A DNA stretch of 63,599 nucleotides, counting the filler, from Octopus bimaculoides (Eukaryota), in NCBI RefSeq assembly GCF_001194135.2. It is 5 parts of 5 records of this genome, joined end to end, with 100 filler letters (N's around TTAATTAATTAA, not from the genome) between each part and the next. Parts side by side here need not be neighbours in the genome. Positions count along the whole stretch, not along the records: positions 41,126 to 55,323 come from NC_068987.1; positions 55,424 to 63,599 come from NC_068985.1; 3 more parts are not named here. One strand, written 5' to 3'. Shown one piece after another: positions 49,136 through 61,939 of the stretch. The stretch's first letter is position 1; every line of letters starts with the position of its first letter. Both the position numbers and the translations under genes were made by a program. The notes under the pieces were generated by a model, which saw nothing but the letters and a program-made list of their open reading frames with translations, had not been told where the DNA came from and did not search any database.

Positions 49136-51998
49136 AAAAGATACACACATACATAATGTATAATAATGCTAAATCATATGACTAGCCACAGGATGGCGGA
49201 GATTCTTAAAGGAATTCCTCACGTAATCGATACAGTGTTATGACCTTTGAAGTAACTTCTAAACTAAAACCGATGGAAGTTTTGTTTAAGACCACCGTCA
49301 GCACTACTGCCACAAACAAAAAGTACAATGGTGTTTGAAAATTACCATAAATCATATTGACGTCCAGCACTAAAGTCAATATGTTCTTTTTTATGTGAGA
49401 TGTTACCATCGTGCATCGAGCATATTTTACAGTACATGTATATAGATATATTCTTGTTTTATTTTTCACTCAAACGTGAAGTAAGAAGGATGGGGATGTG
49501 CCTAAAATGTTCATCGTTTCTGCGTCTTTGTACTCATTTATTTGAAATGACCCGAACCGTAATGATATACACAAGAGGCGACTCACTACTTCAGAGTTAA
49601 TAAAGAAATGAGTTATTTCAGGCCGGAGGTTTTGTGCGCAATGTTTGTTTTGCAGTGTGGAGAAACGTCTTAATTTCAGACGCTTGTGAACTGAGAGTAC
49701 CTGAATTTAATTCTCCAAGCAGTAAAGGCCGTTATAGCAACGGTGGAATCATATTGTGCAAAGTGTTACTTACGTACAGGAGATTTGCTGAGTTCAACTT
49801 GTATAGTTCTTAGAATAATCCAGATTAAGAATAAGAAGAACAACACCGCAGAATGTGGCACGTTTCGTAAGTGCAATCGTATGTCTGAGAACATGTACCT
49901 GTGATTGAATGTGTGTGTCTATTGGTGACCTGTGTATATGTGTATGTGTGTGGGGTGTATATTTATGCATATATGTGTACATTTGTATTCATGCAAACAG
50001 TGAGTAACGTAATAGGTCTATTATTAGGTAACAGTAGCATATCAACAACATTATATTATATTGTTTCGGTAAATATTTCTGCACCGGAAGTACGATTACA
50101 TTTTTCGTACACAACATATTCTGTAAGCTTATTACCAGTTCAAATATGCTTGAGGCAGGTTCGAACTCGTAAGAAAGCCATTCACTGTTTTTGTCATGAA
50201 GAAAATATCACGCTGCAGACAAATAATCTAAAGCGAGACGTTTTCTATATCGAGATATTTTCGTCATGTCAAAAGGCAGTGAATGGATTCCTCTACGGGG
50301 TCCAACGTGTACCAGGCATAGTTCAACAGGTAATAATCTTTCATTTGTAAGCATCAATCCTTACCGCGGCCACAACATATTCGTTGTTGTAAACACGGAT
50401 TTAAAATCATTTTTAAATCTTGAATACATAAAAGATATTCCCAAAATTAATATATTAGCTGATAAGTACGTTTTCTGTATTGTACATGACTATGCAACAT
50501 ATGGTAGTTTTACATACTGCAAATTATTTGTGTGTATGGATTTGTGATGTTAGAATTTTCTATATAAGAATGAGGAGATTACGAAATGGCTTCAATCATA
50601 TGAAAATCATTATAGGGAAATAACGAATTTCTATCAACCGGTGACACTTTCTAAATGCACACGCGCACCCACTACAACATCATCAAGACCTACTACTACT
50701 ACAAATACATACACACACAGACACACATATAGATATATGCATGTTTATGTTTATATATATTTATTTAATTATATATATATAAAATATATTATTTTAGGGA
50801 AAATAACCAAGTTTCAAGAACTCATCGATGAAAATCCACTATCACATATAGAAAAATTAATAATTAAACGCAAAATAAATGAGTATAATATAAAACAAAG
50901 TAAATACCATAAGATAAAGATAATAAAGATAAAGAACTAGTAATAAACTTGCAGAATATGTTGTGTCCGTAATATTATTATTATTATTATTTTATGTTTG
51001 ACTTTTGTTTTGCATTTGTACAAGTTGGATCCAAGTCTCACCCAGAGACCTCAAGAGACAACAAGTTAGAAGTTCATGTAGGTGTTATGCCTAGGGTACC
51101 ATATATTTGGATTTGTACAGTTTTGTTCAAGTGAATGTTTAAGAAACCATAAGAAAATTATGTTTGCTTTAAAATTTGAGATCACATACNNNNNNNNNNN
51201 NNNNNNNNNNNNNNNNNNNNNNNNNNNNNNNNNNNNNNNNNNNNNNNNNNNNNNNNNNNNNNNNNNNNNNNNNNNNNNNNNNNNNNNNNNNNNNNNNNNN
51301 NNNNNNNNNNNNNNNNNNNNNNNNNNNNNNNNNNNNNNNNNNNNNNNNNNNNNNNNNNNNNNNNNNNNNNNNNNNNNNNNNNNNNNNNNNNNNNNNNNNN
51401 NNNNNNNNNNNNNNNNNNNNNNNNNNNNNNNNNNNNNNNNNNNNNNNNNNNNNNNNNNNNNNNNNNNNNNNNNNNNNNNNNNNNNNNNNNNNNNNNNNNN
51501 NNNNNNNNNNNNNNNNNNNNNNNNNNNNNNNNNNNNNNNNNNNNNNNNNNNNNNNNTATATATATATATATATATATCGTTAATTTTCTTTTAAACCTTT
51601 ACACAAATGATCTAGCAGTTTATGTAAGTACTGCAAATGAATTATTTTTCTAATCATTAAGCGTGTGGAATTACTATTTCAATTATGAGGCCCGTATATA
51701 TAGTATTCTTATATAAGTATACACACACACACAGATACACACATGCACACATATACATACACATATACACGAATATGGATAGATAAATACTCCAACAAAC
51801 TCAAGTACATCTCTGCGTGTGTGTCTGGGATTCGGATCACCGTATCTCTTCTTTTGTGCGGGGGTGCATATGTTAGTAAAATTATATATCAACACTTTCA
51901 ATCTCTGTAATCTATGAAAAGCGAGATTCGAATACGTATATGCGCGTGCGTGCTCGAAAACAGACACTCGTGTATACGCATGTCGTGTATTATTACAA

Positions 51999-52047
<49 letters not shown>

Positions 52048-53287
52048 GTGTGTAATATAAGTTTATGTATAGTACGTCACTACGGAGAAATGCTACAAAA
52101 CATCGTAACACAAATCATTAGGAACAAGGGACTGTTTGTAGTGTCATCAAAACTTTAATGAAACCGGCGCCAGCCAGTCTATCTTCGAGCTACGTGATGT
52201 CATCAATCCTACACAAATCTTTTCAGAATTTTCTTCACAAAAGTTTTACACTTTTTACGCCCGTATCAATTTCACATTATACAAATACAACGCAGAAGGT
52301 ACGTGTTACCTTGCACCCACATATTTTATAGGACTGCAAACCCCACGCATTTTTTTCTTTTTATACGCAGATCTGTGTTTGCTACTGTATGAATATATCA
52401 ATATATGTATATGCATTTATTTTATATCTCTTGGGTGTGTGGGGAATGTACGAAAATTTCATCTGAAAATACTATGTACATCACCCTTTCTATTGCGATG
52501 AAAATTTAGATGTCCCTATAAATTAAATGTTTGGCCGATGCAGCTTACGTCAAATAAAAATAATCCAAAAGGCTCAGAGCTGACCAACTGAATGATCGAA
52601 TAACCTAGTTAATTACGATTACTGGTGAATACTCAGAATTCGCTAGTCACCGAGGAACTAGTTACCGATTGCGTAAAATCCGAAACTAATGAATAAATCG
52701 ACTAGATCTATTCATCAATTACTGCACAGATACTGGTAGATTCATTTAATGATATTTGACGTACCAATTCCCACTACGTATTCATATGTATTCTGCTACT
52801 CTTTGACTAAGAGTAGAAACAGAGTTTTTTTCCAGGATAGGCCTACAAGCACAGAGCGTTAATATCAGGTCACTAGACTAATGCTTTTATAGAGTGCACT
52901 CTTAACAGATGTCTAATTCCCTGTCATCTTCCGAGTTCTTGAAAAATAAAGTGTAAAGAAAATATGCATTATTTATGGGATGGCTCAATACATACATACA
53001 TATATATATAAATATATACACACNNNNNNNNNNNNNNNNNNNNNNNNNNNNNNNNNNNNNNNNNNNNNNNNNNNNNNNNNNNNNNNNNNNNNNNNNNNNN
53101 NNNNNNNNNNNNNNNNNNNNNNNNNNNNNNNNNNNNNNNNNNNNNNNNNNNNNNNNNNNNNNNNNNNNNNNNNNNNNNNNNNNNNNNNNNNNNNNNNNNN
53201 NNNNNNNNNNNNNNNNNNNNNNNNNNNNNNNNNNNNNNNNNNNNNNNNNNNNNNNNNNNNNNNNNNNNNNNNNNNNNTATATATATG

Positions 53288-53337
<50 letters not shown>

Positions 53338-54539
53338 CAGAGATAAATAGAGATATAGATAGATACACTGATGCATTTCAAAAGAATAGAGGAAAAGCTT
53401 ACCTGAGATTATGATGGCGTTAGACCAATCACTGAAATGACAATATCTAATGATAGAAACAGTTAAAGTGTTCAACTAATGCTGATATACGTTTCTCGGT
53501 TTTTAGAGTATTTCTGCGTTGACACGGGATCTACTAGATTTCGTAATCAAATCTTTCTGAAATCCTACTTTATTATCATAGAAAAAAAATAGACGTTATT
53601 ATCGTAGAAAACGATAGATAGGGATTATGCGGTCGCGGATAGTCATGGTGATATGATATTAACGTTTGATCTTCACATGACAGCTGACGAAAATCTTTAA
53701 TAAAACCTTAGCAAGTAGGGAGCACTTATATCAGTTTTCGATTTGCTACACACATCCACTACACCTTTCAGTAATAATTTTAAATACAAGAAGTATAGTT
53801 AGAGATATATAACTTATGAATAGAATATGATTATCGCTGGAACGCTTTTGATCAAGTGTTACAGCGACGATTAATTCAGCTATAGAAACGGCACTTTTTG
53901 ACCCATTAAATTTATGGCCTACATCTATCTCTGATGCTCTACGTATGGTGCGCCATATACATTGCTATGCATCTAGTCCCACATATTACTTGCTATCTTT
54001 GTACCTTGCGTCTTGTATAAGTACTGGAAAGAACACTAATGACAAGTGGGACCCTGGATATTTCACGGATTTAATGGTAAACTTAATGGCCTACTTCCAT
54101 AAACTTTATCCAAACAAACTCAAGTGCAAATCCTGTGTTGTGTCTGTATGAAAAGATAGTCGCTCATCTGCTAATCATTGAAAAGTGAAGAAAATTAGAA
54201 TACGATGATTACTTAACGCACCTTATGCACAATTTTATAGACTTAGTACACAACACTCATAGAATGCATATTCGCTCTCATTTGTCCATTTTCTCATAAA
54301 AAAATTACATTTAAAATTTACGTGGTTACAATTCCATACATAGGAAAGAAAACTTTTATAGTAACAATTATGTTAGATGTAAAAGATAGGTGTCACAGTT
54401 TCATAGGGTTAATTATAATTTAAAGCAAATCTGAAACCACATCGTTGGTAACATATAAGCTAAGACTATGGGTCAGAGTCAATACACATTTCAGTTTGCG
54501 TACACGATCTTTCATCACCACTGCCATCATTACCTCTAT

Positions 54540-54548
54540 TTCTCTCAC

Positions 54549-54630
<82 letters not shown>

Positions 54631-54650
54631 TGTCTCTCTCTCTCTCTCTC
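54540..54650. repeat. (CT)n microsatellite
   Basis: Direct reading. Confidence 0.98.
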
Positions 54651-55423
54651 TAGTTCTGCTTTTCTTTAACCTGACAATCGGACCATCGACTCTCTACTAA
54701 AATTATATTCCTAACTGAACTCCTCTATATGAATACCTTCAACTGAATTTTTTGACTACGTAATAAATATTCCGTTAACCCTACTTCACTTAATAGACAC
54801 TTCTCTCTCTCTCTTCTTCTCTCTCCCTCTTCTTCTCTCTCCCTCTTCTTCTCTCTCCCTCTTCTTCTCTCTCCGACTTTTCCTCTACCACTCATTTTCT
54901 TTCTCCTTCTTTCTGTCTCACACTTCGCCTGATCCTCTTTTTCTCCCTCCTTTTTATTTCTTACTCTTCGCATTTTCCTTCAAAAAAATCACGTGAATGT
55001 GTTACGGACGAACTAAGTAACGTACAAACAAGCAGCATTATCATAACGTTGGGCCATGTCTATTTGAAGTCATTCTTTGATATTGCATTATATGTTGTTT
55101 ATCTGTTTATCCTTCGGTTCCCTTATTTGAGGGAATGGAGTCGAACTCAACTACAGAGATGACTGAGGTAACCATACATGTCGGATTCATAGGGTAGGTA
55201 TCTTGCACCCTCCACACTCTCAAACACACGCACACCCACATAAGTGTGATAGTGTTTTTGTGTTTCTTGTATGCGTATGTACACGTGTGCGTATATGTTC
55301 TCATATATATATATATATATATANNNNNNNNNNNNNNNNNNNNNNNNNNNNNNNNNNNNNNNNNNNNTTAATTAATTAANNNNNNNNNNNNNNNNNNNNN
55401 NNNNNNNNNNNNNNNNNNNNNNN

Positions 55424-55467
<44 letters not shown>

Positions 55468-55978
55468 TCACACATACACAAGCTCGCGCGCACACACATG
55501 CATGAATGCATTTGTGTATGTGTACATGAGTGAAATGAATGAGCGATGTTTAAAGTAATAGAAATTATTCATTTGTTCAAAGCTGAGGCTTCACTCTCAC
55601 TATTCTGAGTATCTCTAGCATCTCTGAGGAACGTGACGATAATAGGAGACTGAGAGAAAACTCAAATACGAATAAATTACAATAATTTCATCTCTGTTTA
55701 CACCCTTTTTAATAAAGTACACAAATAAATAAAAGAATGAAAAAAAAATTATATATTTTATAAACAATGGATGATGTAAGTGTATCAGTAGACATGCAGA
55801 CGGTCTGTATAGCTTATAATAGGACGTTGGAAACAAACGTATAAATCCACACACAGCTTATTAGAGTTGATTTTTTTCAACATACAGGAGAAAAAAGAAA
55901 AGAAAAGAAAGTTTCATTCAATATCTACTAAAAATAGCAACGCGAGAGGCTGTTGTAATATGTTGCTGTCGGCGAGGG

Positions 55979-55998
55979 CTTCCGGAACATTCTGGAAC
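55979..55998. promoter_or_regulatory. Candidate heat-shock element, four contiguous inverted nGAAn units
   Basis: cTTCc gGAAc aTTCt gGAAc is a perfect sequence match. Function is untested. Confidence 0.5.
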
Positions 55999-56439
55999 GT
56001 CGGTATTTCGTGATCTAGACAAGTAAATCTTACATTGGCAGACGGAAGAGTTCACTTCTTTTCCAAATAAAAAAAAGAAAATTGATGACAGCTACTCATT
56101 GAAAGTCTATTTAGCGCAACAGGCATACAACTGATCTGTAAGGATGCCAATAAGAGAAAAAAAAATGAAATAAATAAAACCTTTCCGCCTCAATATTAAA
56201 GTTTCCTAACCTAACACATGGGAATAGATTTTTCTTCTTCTTCTTCTCCTGCTTATATCTTTATGTCTTTCTTTACTCTATTCTTGTATAATCCTTCTTT
56301 TCTTTCTTCCTTTCTTTCTTTCTCTCTTTCTTTGTTCTTTCTTATATATTTTTTGGTTTTCATGCGTTATATCTCTTTAACCTTCCCAATTCTTCATGTC
56401 AGTATCTATTCCATTTTATTTCCACCTTGTTTTCTGTAT

Positions 56440-57035
56440 TTTACAGAAACTACGTATCTGTATTCATATTGGCAACTTCTACTTTCTGCTATCCAACCCC
56501 CCACAACCTCGCCCACCTTTCCCGAACCTCCACGCCTATCCTTTACAAAAGATATAAATCTGCTCGACTACTCGACCTTCTCAGTTGTTCATCCCTCCTG
56601 GACACACCCACCATCACGTGTTTTTAACTTCGTTGCCTTACGTGTTCTATTAACATGTCCTCTATGTTCTCACAGCAGGTCCCAAGTCTGGTATCAATAT
56701 GATCGATCATTTGATTACACTTCCTTAACCTAATATACTGAATAACTTGCACGCTCTACAGTGCTTTATACTTGAGTAAAACGGGCGGTCATTTGGGAAA
56801 CAGATTTCAGGAGCACTTATTAGACATTCGTGACAACTAGAGAATCTTCAAATCTTCAGTTCAACATTTTAACTCTCTTGACCACTCGCCTACCTCTCAG
56901 TCTGCGGTGTTTACAATCACTTTGTCTTTGATGAAATCCCAAAGCGCAAGAAACAACGCTTTGGGATTTCAACCTATGCACTCGTGCCCCACACGGTTTT
57001 AATACACACCTTAAATTCTTCTAATTCTTAACCGC
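56440..57035 (+). mobile_element. Penelope-like (Neptune/Poseidon-type) GIY-YIG remnant
   Basis: FDYTSLNLIY*ITCTLYSALYLSKTGGHLGNRFQEHLLDIRDN...VQHFNSLDHS resembles FTCTS.NLIY.I.C..C...YIGETGR.L..RF.EH....HFN. Confidence 0.8.
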
Positions 57036-57131
57036 CCACCTTCCCCTTTCTCTCATATAAATGTTCACAAGGTCATTGCCTCTATTAGTTTACATTGTAT
57101 TATATATATAAATATACACACATATATATGA

Positions 57132-57290
57132 ATCAAAATAGTTTGATTCAAATTCCTTGGTACTTTAAGTTTCAAAGCGTGATGCTAATCGTCAGCCATT
57201 GGAAACTTGACACACATTTTCAGTGGTTGAGGATTAGCATCATGCTTTGAAACTTAAAGTACCAAGGAATTTGTCTCAAACTGTTTTGAT
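57132..57290. repeat. Fold-back (~73-bp arms, ~12-nt loop)
   Basis: 57132-57205 versus 57218-57290, about 90% identity. Confidence 0.92.
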
Positions 57291-57996
57291 CCATACATGT
57301 AACTCCTAATAAATGTGTTGAGTGCCCTTCTTTCGTTTGTCCACTCACTCGTGTATATNNNNNNNNNNNNNNNNNNNNNNNNNNNNNNNNNNNNNNNNNN
57401 NNNNNNNNNNNNNNNNNNNNNNNNNNNNNNNNNNNNNNNNNNNNNNNNNNNNNNNNNNNNNNNNNNNNNNNNNNNNNNNNNNNNNNNNNNNNNNNNNNNN
57501 NNNNNNNNNNNNNNNNNNNNNNNNNNNNNNNNNNNNNNNNNNNNNNNNNNCATAATGGGAAAATGTTCGGAAGATAATCTTCATCCAGAAAGGGAAGAAT
57601 CTCTCATCGTTCTATTAGACAGAGTGTGTTGACAAAGAAACAATACGATTTTTGTTTTACAGTAAATGTTTCAATTTTCGCTTTTGTTACACACAATATT
57701 TTAATCATCTAGAAATATATTTAAGTGAATGTGGCTTCAAAAATGTAAGTTGTTTGTACAGTAAATATTTATATTTTAGCTTTCTTTAAACAGACAATAT
57801 TTTAATTTTTTAAAAAATTTTCAAGGGAATACCATTACAAATTTTTTTCGGTATATTTAAAAGGTATTCTAAAGTGGAAATGATTTTAAAAAATACGGTA
57901 AACATTTCGTAAAAGACGAACCTTCGTAAACTCGGTGTGAAATAGTTTTTTTTTTCAATAGATTTCTTTCGAGTGCATTCAAAGTATCTCACGTCT

Positions 57997-58115
57997 AAAG
58001 ATTTGGCTGCTATTTCTAGCATTCACTACTACCACGTAACAGTTATTAGCGATAAAGGACCCGAAATACCTGTTATGTGGTAGCAGGGCGTGCAAGAAAT
58101 AGCAGCCAAATCTTT
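57997..58115. repeat. Fold-back (46-bp arms, 27-nt loop)
   Basis: aaagatttggctgctatttct...accacgtaacag versus the reverse complement at 58070-58115. A related tgctatttctag motif occurs near 26800. Confidence 0.88.
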
Positions 58116-58311
58116 CCTTTTCTGGGGAAAGGAGCCGTTTAGGCGTGATTTCGATGTCACATTTGTAGAAAGCATGCGAAATAACCTAGAAAAGAACAAA
58201 AAAAAATCTCCACGAAGTGAAACTCCGTTGCTTGGGAATTCAGAATTTCCTGGTGAACCAACAGGTCACGGTAGTCTAGTACATATGTATGTGTGTGTAT
58301 GCATAAATATA

Positions 58312-59215
58312 CATGGTCTGATCAATAAGTATCCGAACTGTTAACATAGTAACGAAGCTAAAGCACACAGCAAAGCCGCTGAGCACAGATTGACCTTAAA
58401 CTCAATTATGCATACGCACCAAGTTTTAACGTTCTAGCTCACTTCTGTTGTTTATAGCAGTACTTAGAAGGAAGATGTGTAACGTGTGATCGTCGCATTG
58501 ATCGTGACAGAGAAAGTTGAGCAGAGAATCGGCATCAAAGTTTGCCAAAAGCTTGGTAGTATCTGCTGAAAGACCTACGCAAAGTTTTCACGTTTTCATC
58601 GTTCATGATGCAATCAAGGAATCTTGTACAGCTTAAACCCGAGTGTCATTTTGGTCAGCTGAAAGCAGTTTTGGCACAAACTTGGCAGACACGCGTGTCA
58701 TGCCCAAATATTCTGTGATAATGGACTGAACTGAGCCGTAACTAATCTGCACATCCTCTGATAACTCACGGATGGTGATTCGACAATTTGCCACCACAGC
58801 TGCACGCACATTTGCGATGTTTTTCTCAGTTCTGCTAATTGCAGGTTTCTCAGAACGTTCGTCAATATCGACATTTTTTCGGTCATCTTGGAAACGTCTG
58901 ACTTACTTGTACACTTGTGTGCGGCTTATGCACTCCTCGCCATACACTTTCTGCAACGTTGCGTAGGCCTCCGAGCAAGTATCGCTATGACAACATTCTC
59001 TGTCATGGTCAATGCGACGATCACATGCTATACATGCTGTGATGGTCAATGCGACGATCACATGCTGGTGTAAACAGTGGATGTGATCTAGAACGTTAAA
59101 GCTTAGAGTGCTTGCACAGCAATGCTCAAGGTCAATCTCTACCTAGCGGCTTTATTCTGCGTACTTTAGCATCGTTACTATGGCAACAGTCCAGATACTT
59201 ATTGATCAGACCTCG
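58312..59215. mobile_element. Two mariner 5' halves joined in inverted orientation
   Basis: Both ends start ggtctgatcaataagtatc.gaactgtt..catagtaacga.gctaaag and stay homologous for >200 bp. The minus half encodes ...NIANVRAAVVANCRITIRELSEDVQISYGSVQSIITEYLGMTRVSAKFVPKLLS. Confidence 0.88.
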
Positions 59216-59232
59216 TGTGTATTCATATATAT

Positions 59233-59430
59233 CTACTTGCTTCAGTCATTTGACTGCGGTCCTGCTGAAGCACTGTCCTTATTCGAACAAATTGACCCCA
59301 AGAATTATTCTTTGTAAGCCTAGTACTTATTCCATCGGACTATTTTGCCGAACCACTAAGTTACGAGAATGTAAACAAACGAACATCGGTTGTCAAGCGA
59401 TGGCGGGGAGACAAACACAAACACACAAAT
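59233..59430 (-). mobile_element. SINE family A 3' half; the rest is lost in a gap
   Basis: cagtcatttgactgcggtcctgctgaagcac...aagcctagtacttattcc...catcggttgtcaagcgatg. Confidence 0.87.
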
Positions 59431-59753
59431 ACGTACATATATATATATATATATATATATANNNNNNNNNNNNNNNNNNNNNNNNNNNNNNNNNNNNNNN
59501 NNNNNNNNNNNNNNNNNNNNNNNNNNNNNNNNNNNNNNNNNNNNNNNNNNNNNNNNNNNNNNNNNNNNNNNNNNNNNNNNNNNNNNNNNNNNNNNNNNNN
59601 NNNNNNNNNNNNNNNNNNNNNNNNNNNNNNNNNNNNNNNNNNNNNNNNNNNNNNNNNNNNNNNNNNNNNNNNNNNNNNNNNNNNNNNNNNNNNNNNNNNN
59701 NNNNNNNNNNNNNNNNNNNNNNNNNNNNNNNNNNNNNNNNNNNNATCTATCTA

Positions 59754-59791
<38 letters not shown>

Positions 59792-60759
59792 TATTCAGAT
59801 AAGAAAAAATGGAGCAACAATTAACAATTAGAAGCTGACCATTGGCATTAAAAGGTCAAAAAAACATTTACAGCTCTTTCACTTTGTTATTTTTGAAGTA
59901 AATTTGCATTTATCTCGTTCCATTTACCAAACATTGTCAGAATGATTTATCGGAGGAATATAGACAGGAGAACAAAGAAAAGGAAAAGGAAAAGGAAAAA
60001 GTGGAAGAAAGGAAAAATGTTCGTTAAGCCTTTAGGCTGACATTTTTGTGCCCTTGAAGGTTCCAGAGCAATAAGTGGGGAAAATGATTAGTTGACCAGC
60101 GGTGTTAGTCGAAAGAGTTATACCTGATAGTAATATCCGGTGTGGTTAATTGTAATAAATAACACTGTTTGAGACCACTAGATAAGTCCTTATGATTACA
60201 AATAATGCCCTTGTTAAAAATTAAAGATGGTCTTAAAAGTTTTAAGTGCGATTTACAGAATACATTTGGGTTACATAAAAGGTCTAATAAATATATAAAT
60301 AAATAAAAATGTTATGTGCGGCACGGGTTATCTACTCGTTAATATAAGTAAAAACCAACACAGTCGGCTAGATAGGCTAAATCGCTAGTTTAATCATGTT
60401 TATGTTAGTGGCAGCCCTAGCAATTAGTATGTTAGTCTTTAATCTAACTTTAATGTGAATATATTAAAGCAAATTATAGCTTTAAGATAAATAATTCAGT
60501 TATTCGGGGTAATTTAATTTAACTGTGATGTGATATTAGATGCTCTATGTTAAGGGGAGGATCAAAGGGAGGTAATTAGATGTTAGGCAGGTCAGCTAAT
60601 AACCTGTAATGTAGGTATTAGCAGTATTTATTTCTATGTAAGCATATATCTTTCTTCTCTCGTTTATTAAGTAATTCTGATTTGGCCATAAAAATGAAGA
60701 ATTTCTCATTTATGCATATAATACAGCGATTAATTTTAAGGTTACATGAAGATTATTAC

Positions 60760-61225
60760 TATTGCTATCAGCTTTGGTAGGGTTGTTCCTATTCGATTTA
60801 TTTATTTTATTTACGTTGCTTATAGATATTTATGTAATTCGTGTTATTTTTATAAGGCTCCGAGTAGAAGTACTTAATATTTTGCTTATAACCTGCTTTT
60901 TCCAATGCAATGCTATAGTGTTCGTTATACTTATTGAAGATATCTTCGTTGAGCGAGAGATACGAAATTCTTTTACTAATTCCTTGGACAACTCCTCTTT
61001 TTATAAAGTTTAGGTGGTTGCTATGTGCATTAATATTCCTCTTTTGATTATTTTTATCTTTTCATAAATTATTCTAAATGTCTGCTCCGTTTGTACGCTT
61101 TTTCAAACACTTACAAGAATTCCAAATCAATAGCTGCTGATCAAAGATTATCTAATCGCTGCCATTCGTCTTTTAATTGGTCCTAGAATTTTTAGGACCT
61201 CATTTTCAAGATGCTAAATTATTTT
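60760..61225 (-). mobile_element. Penelope-like remnant (ORF start fused to RT thumb region)
   Basis: The reverse strand reads HLENEVLKILGPIKRR, then INAHSNHLNFIKRGVVQGISKRISYLSLNEDIFNKYNEHYSIALEKAGY. 61041-61220 is duplicated at 62652-62832. Confidence 0.8.
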
Positions 61226-61241
61226 TATATATAATTATATA

Positions 61242-61660
61242 TAGGCATAGGAGTGGCTGTGTGGTAAGTAGCCTGATTACGAACCACATGGATCCGGGTT
61301 CAGTCCCACTGCGTGACACCTTGGGCATTTCTTCTACTATAGCCTCGGGCCGCCCAAAGCCTTGTGAGTGGATTTGGTAGAAGGAAACTGAAAGAAGCCC
61401 GTCGTATATATGTATATATATATATATGCATGTGTGTATATGTTTGTGTGTTTGTGTCTGTCCCCCCAACATCGCTTGACAACCGATGCTGGTGTGTTTA
61501 CGTCCCCGTAACTTAGCGGTTCGGCAAAACAGACCGATAGAATAAGTACTAGGCTTACAAAGAATAAGTCCTGGGGTCGATTTGCTCGACTAAAGGCAGT
61601 GCTCCAGCATGGCTGCAGTCAAAGGACTGAAACAAGTAAAAGAGTAAAGTAAAGAGAGTA
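61242..61660 (+). mobile_element. SINE family A, full length, CpGs largely intact
   Basis: Best-preserved copy, with head, short linker and ...aagtaaaagagtaaagtaaagagag tail. Confidence 0.93.
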
Positions 61661-61939
61661 TATAAAATATATGTCTATATATGCGTGTACGAAAATATTT
61701 CCAGTGATCATATTTATTCTGCATGATTTGTACATACAGTGTACTTATGACTACGTTATATGTCACATGCGTAATTCTTGTGAATGTTGTATTTGCTTGG
61801 TGGTCTATTTTTTTAATCCTTGTCTTGATCACATTTGTCGAGTTAGGTTTGCACATATATCATACATGTGACCATATACACTGTGTTGCACGCGCAGTTC
61901 CTGTAGATATTGTAGCCATTTACATTTAATTTTTCTTAA

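Noticed and set aside
49656-49866. Coding exon between ttttgcag and gtaagt
   Set aside because: Stops in all three frames; a non-coding exon cannot be excluded without RNA-seq.
50083-50091. Single perfect ETS site ACCGGAAGT
   Set aside because: An isolated 9-mer with no supporting promoter features.
59830-60750. Mitochondrial rRNA insertion (NUMT)
   Set aside because: AT-rich, but none of the conserved 12S/16S motifs I know (e.g. gacgagaagaccct, gtgccagc) are present.
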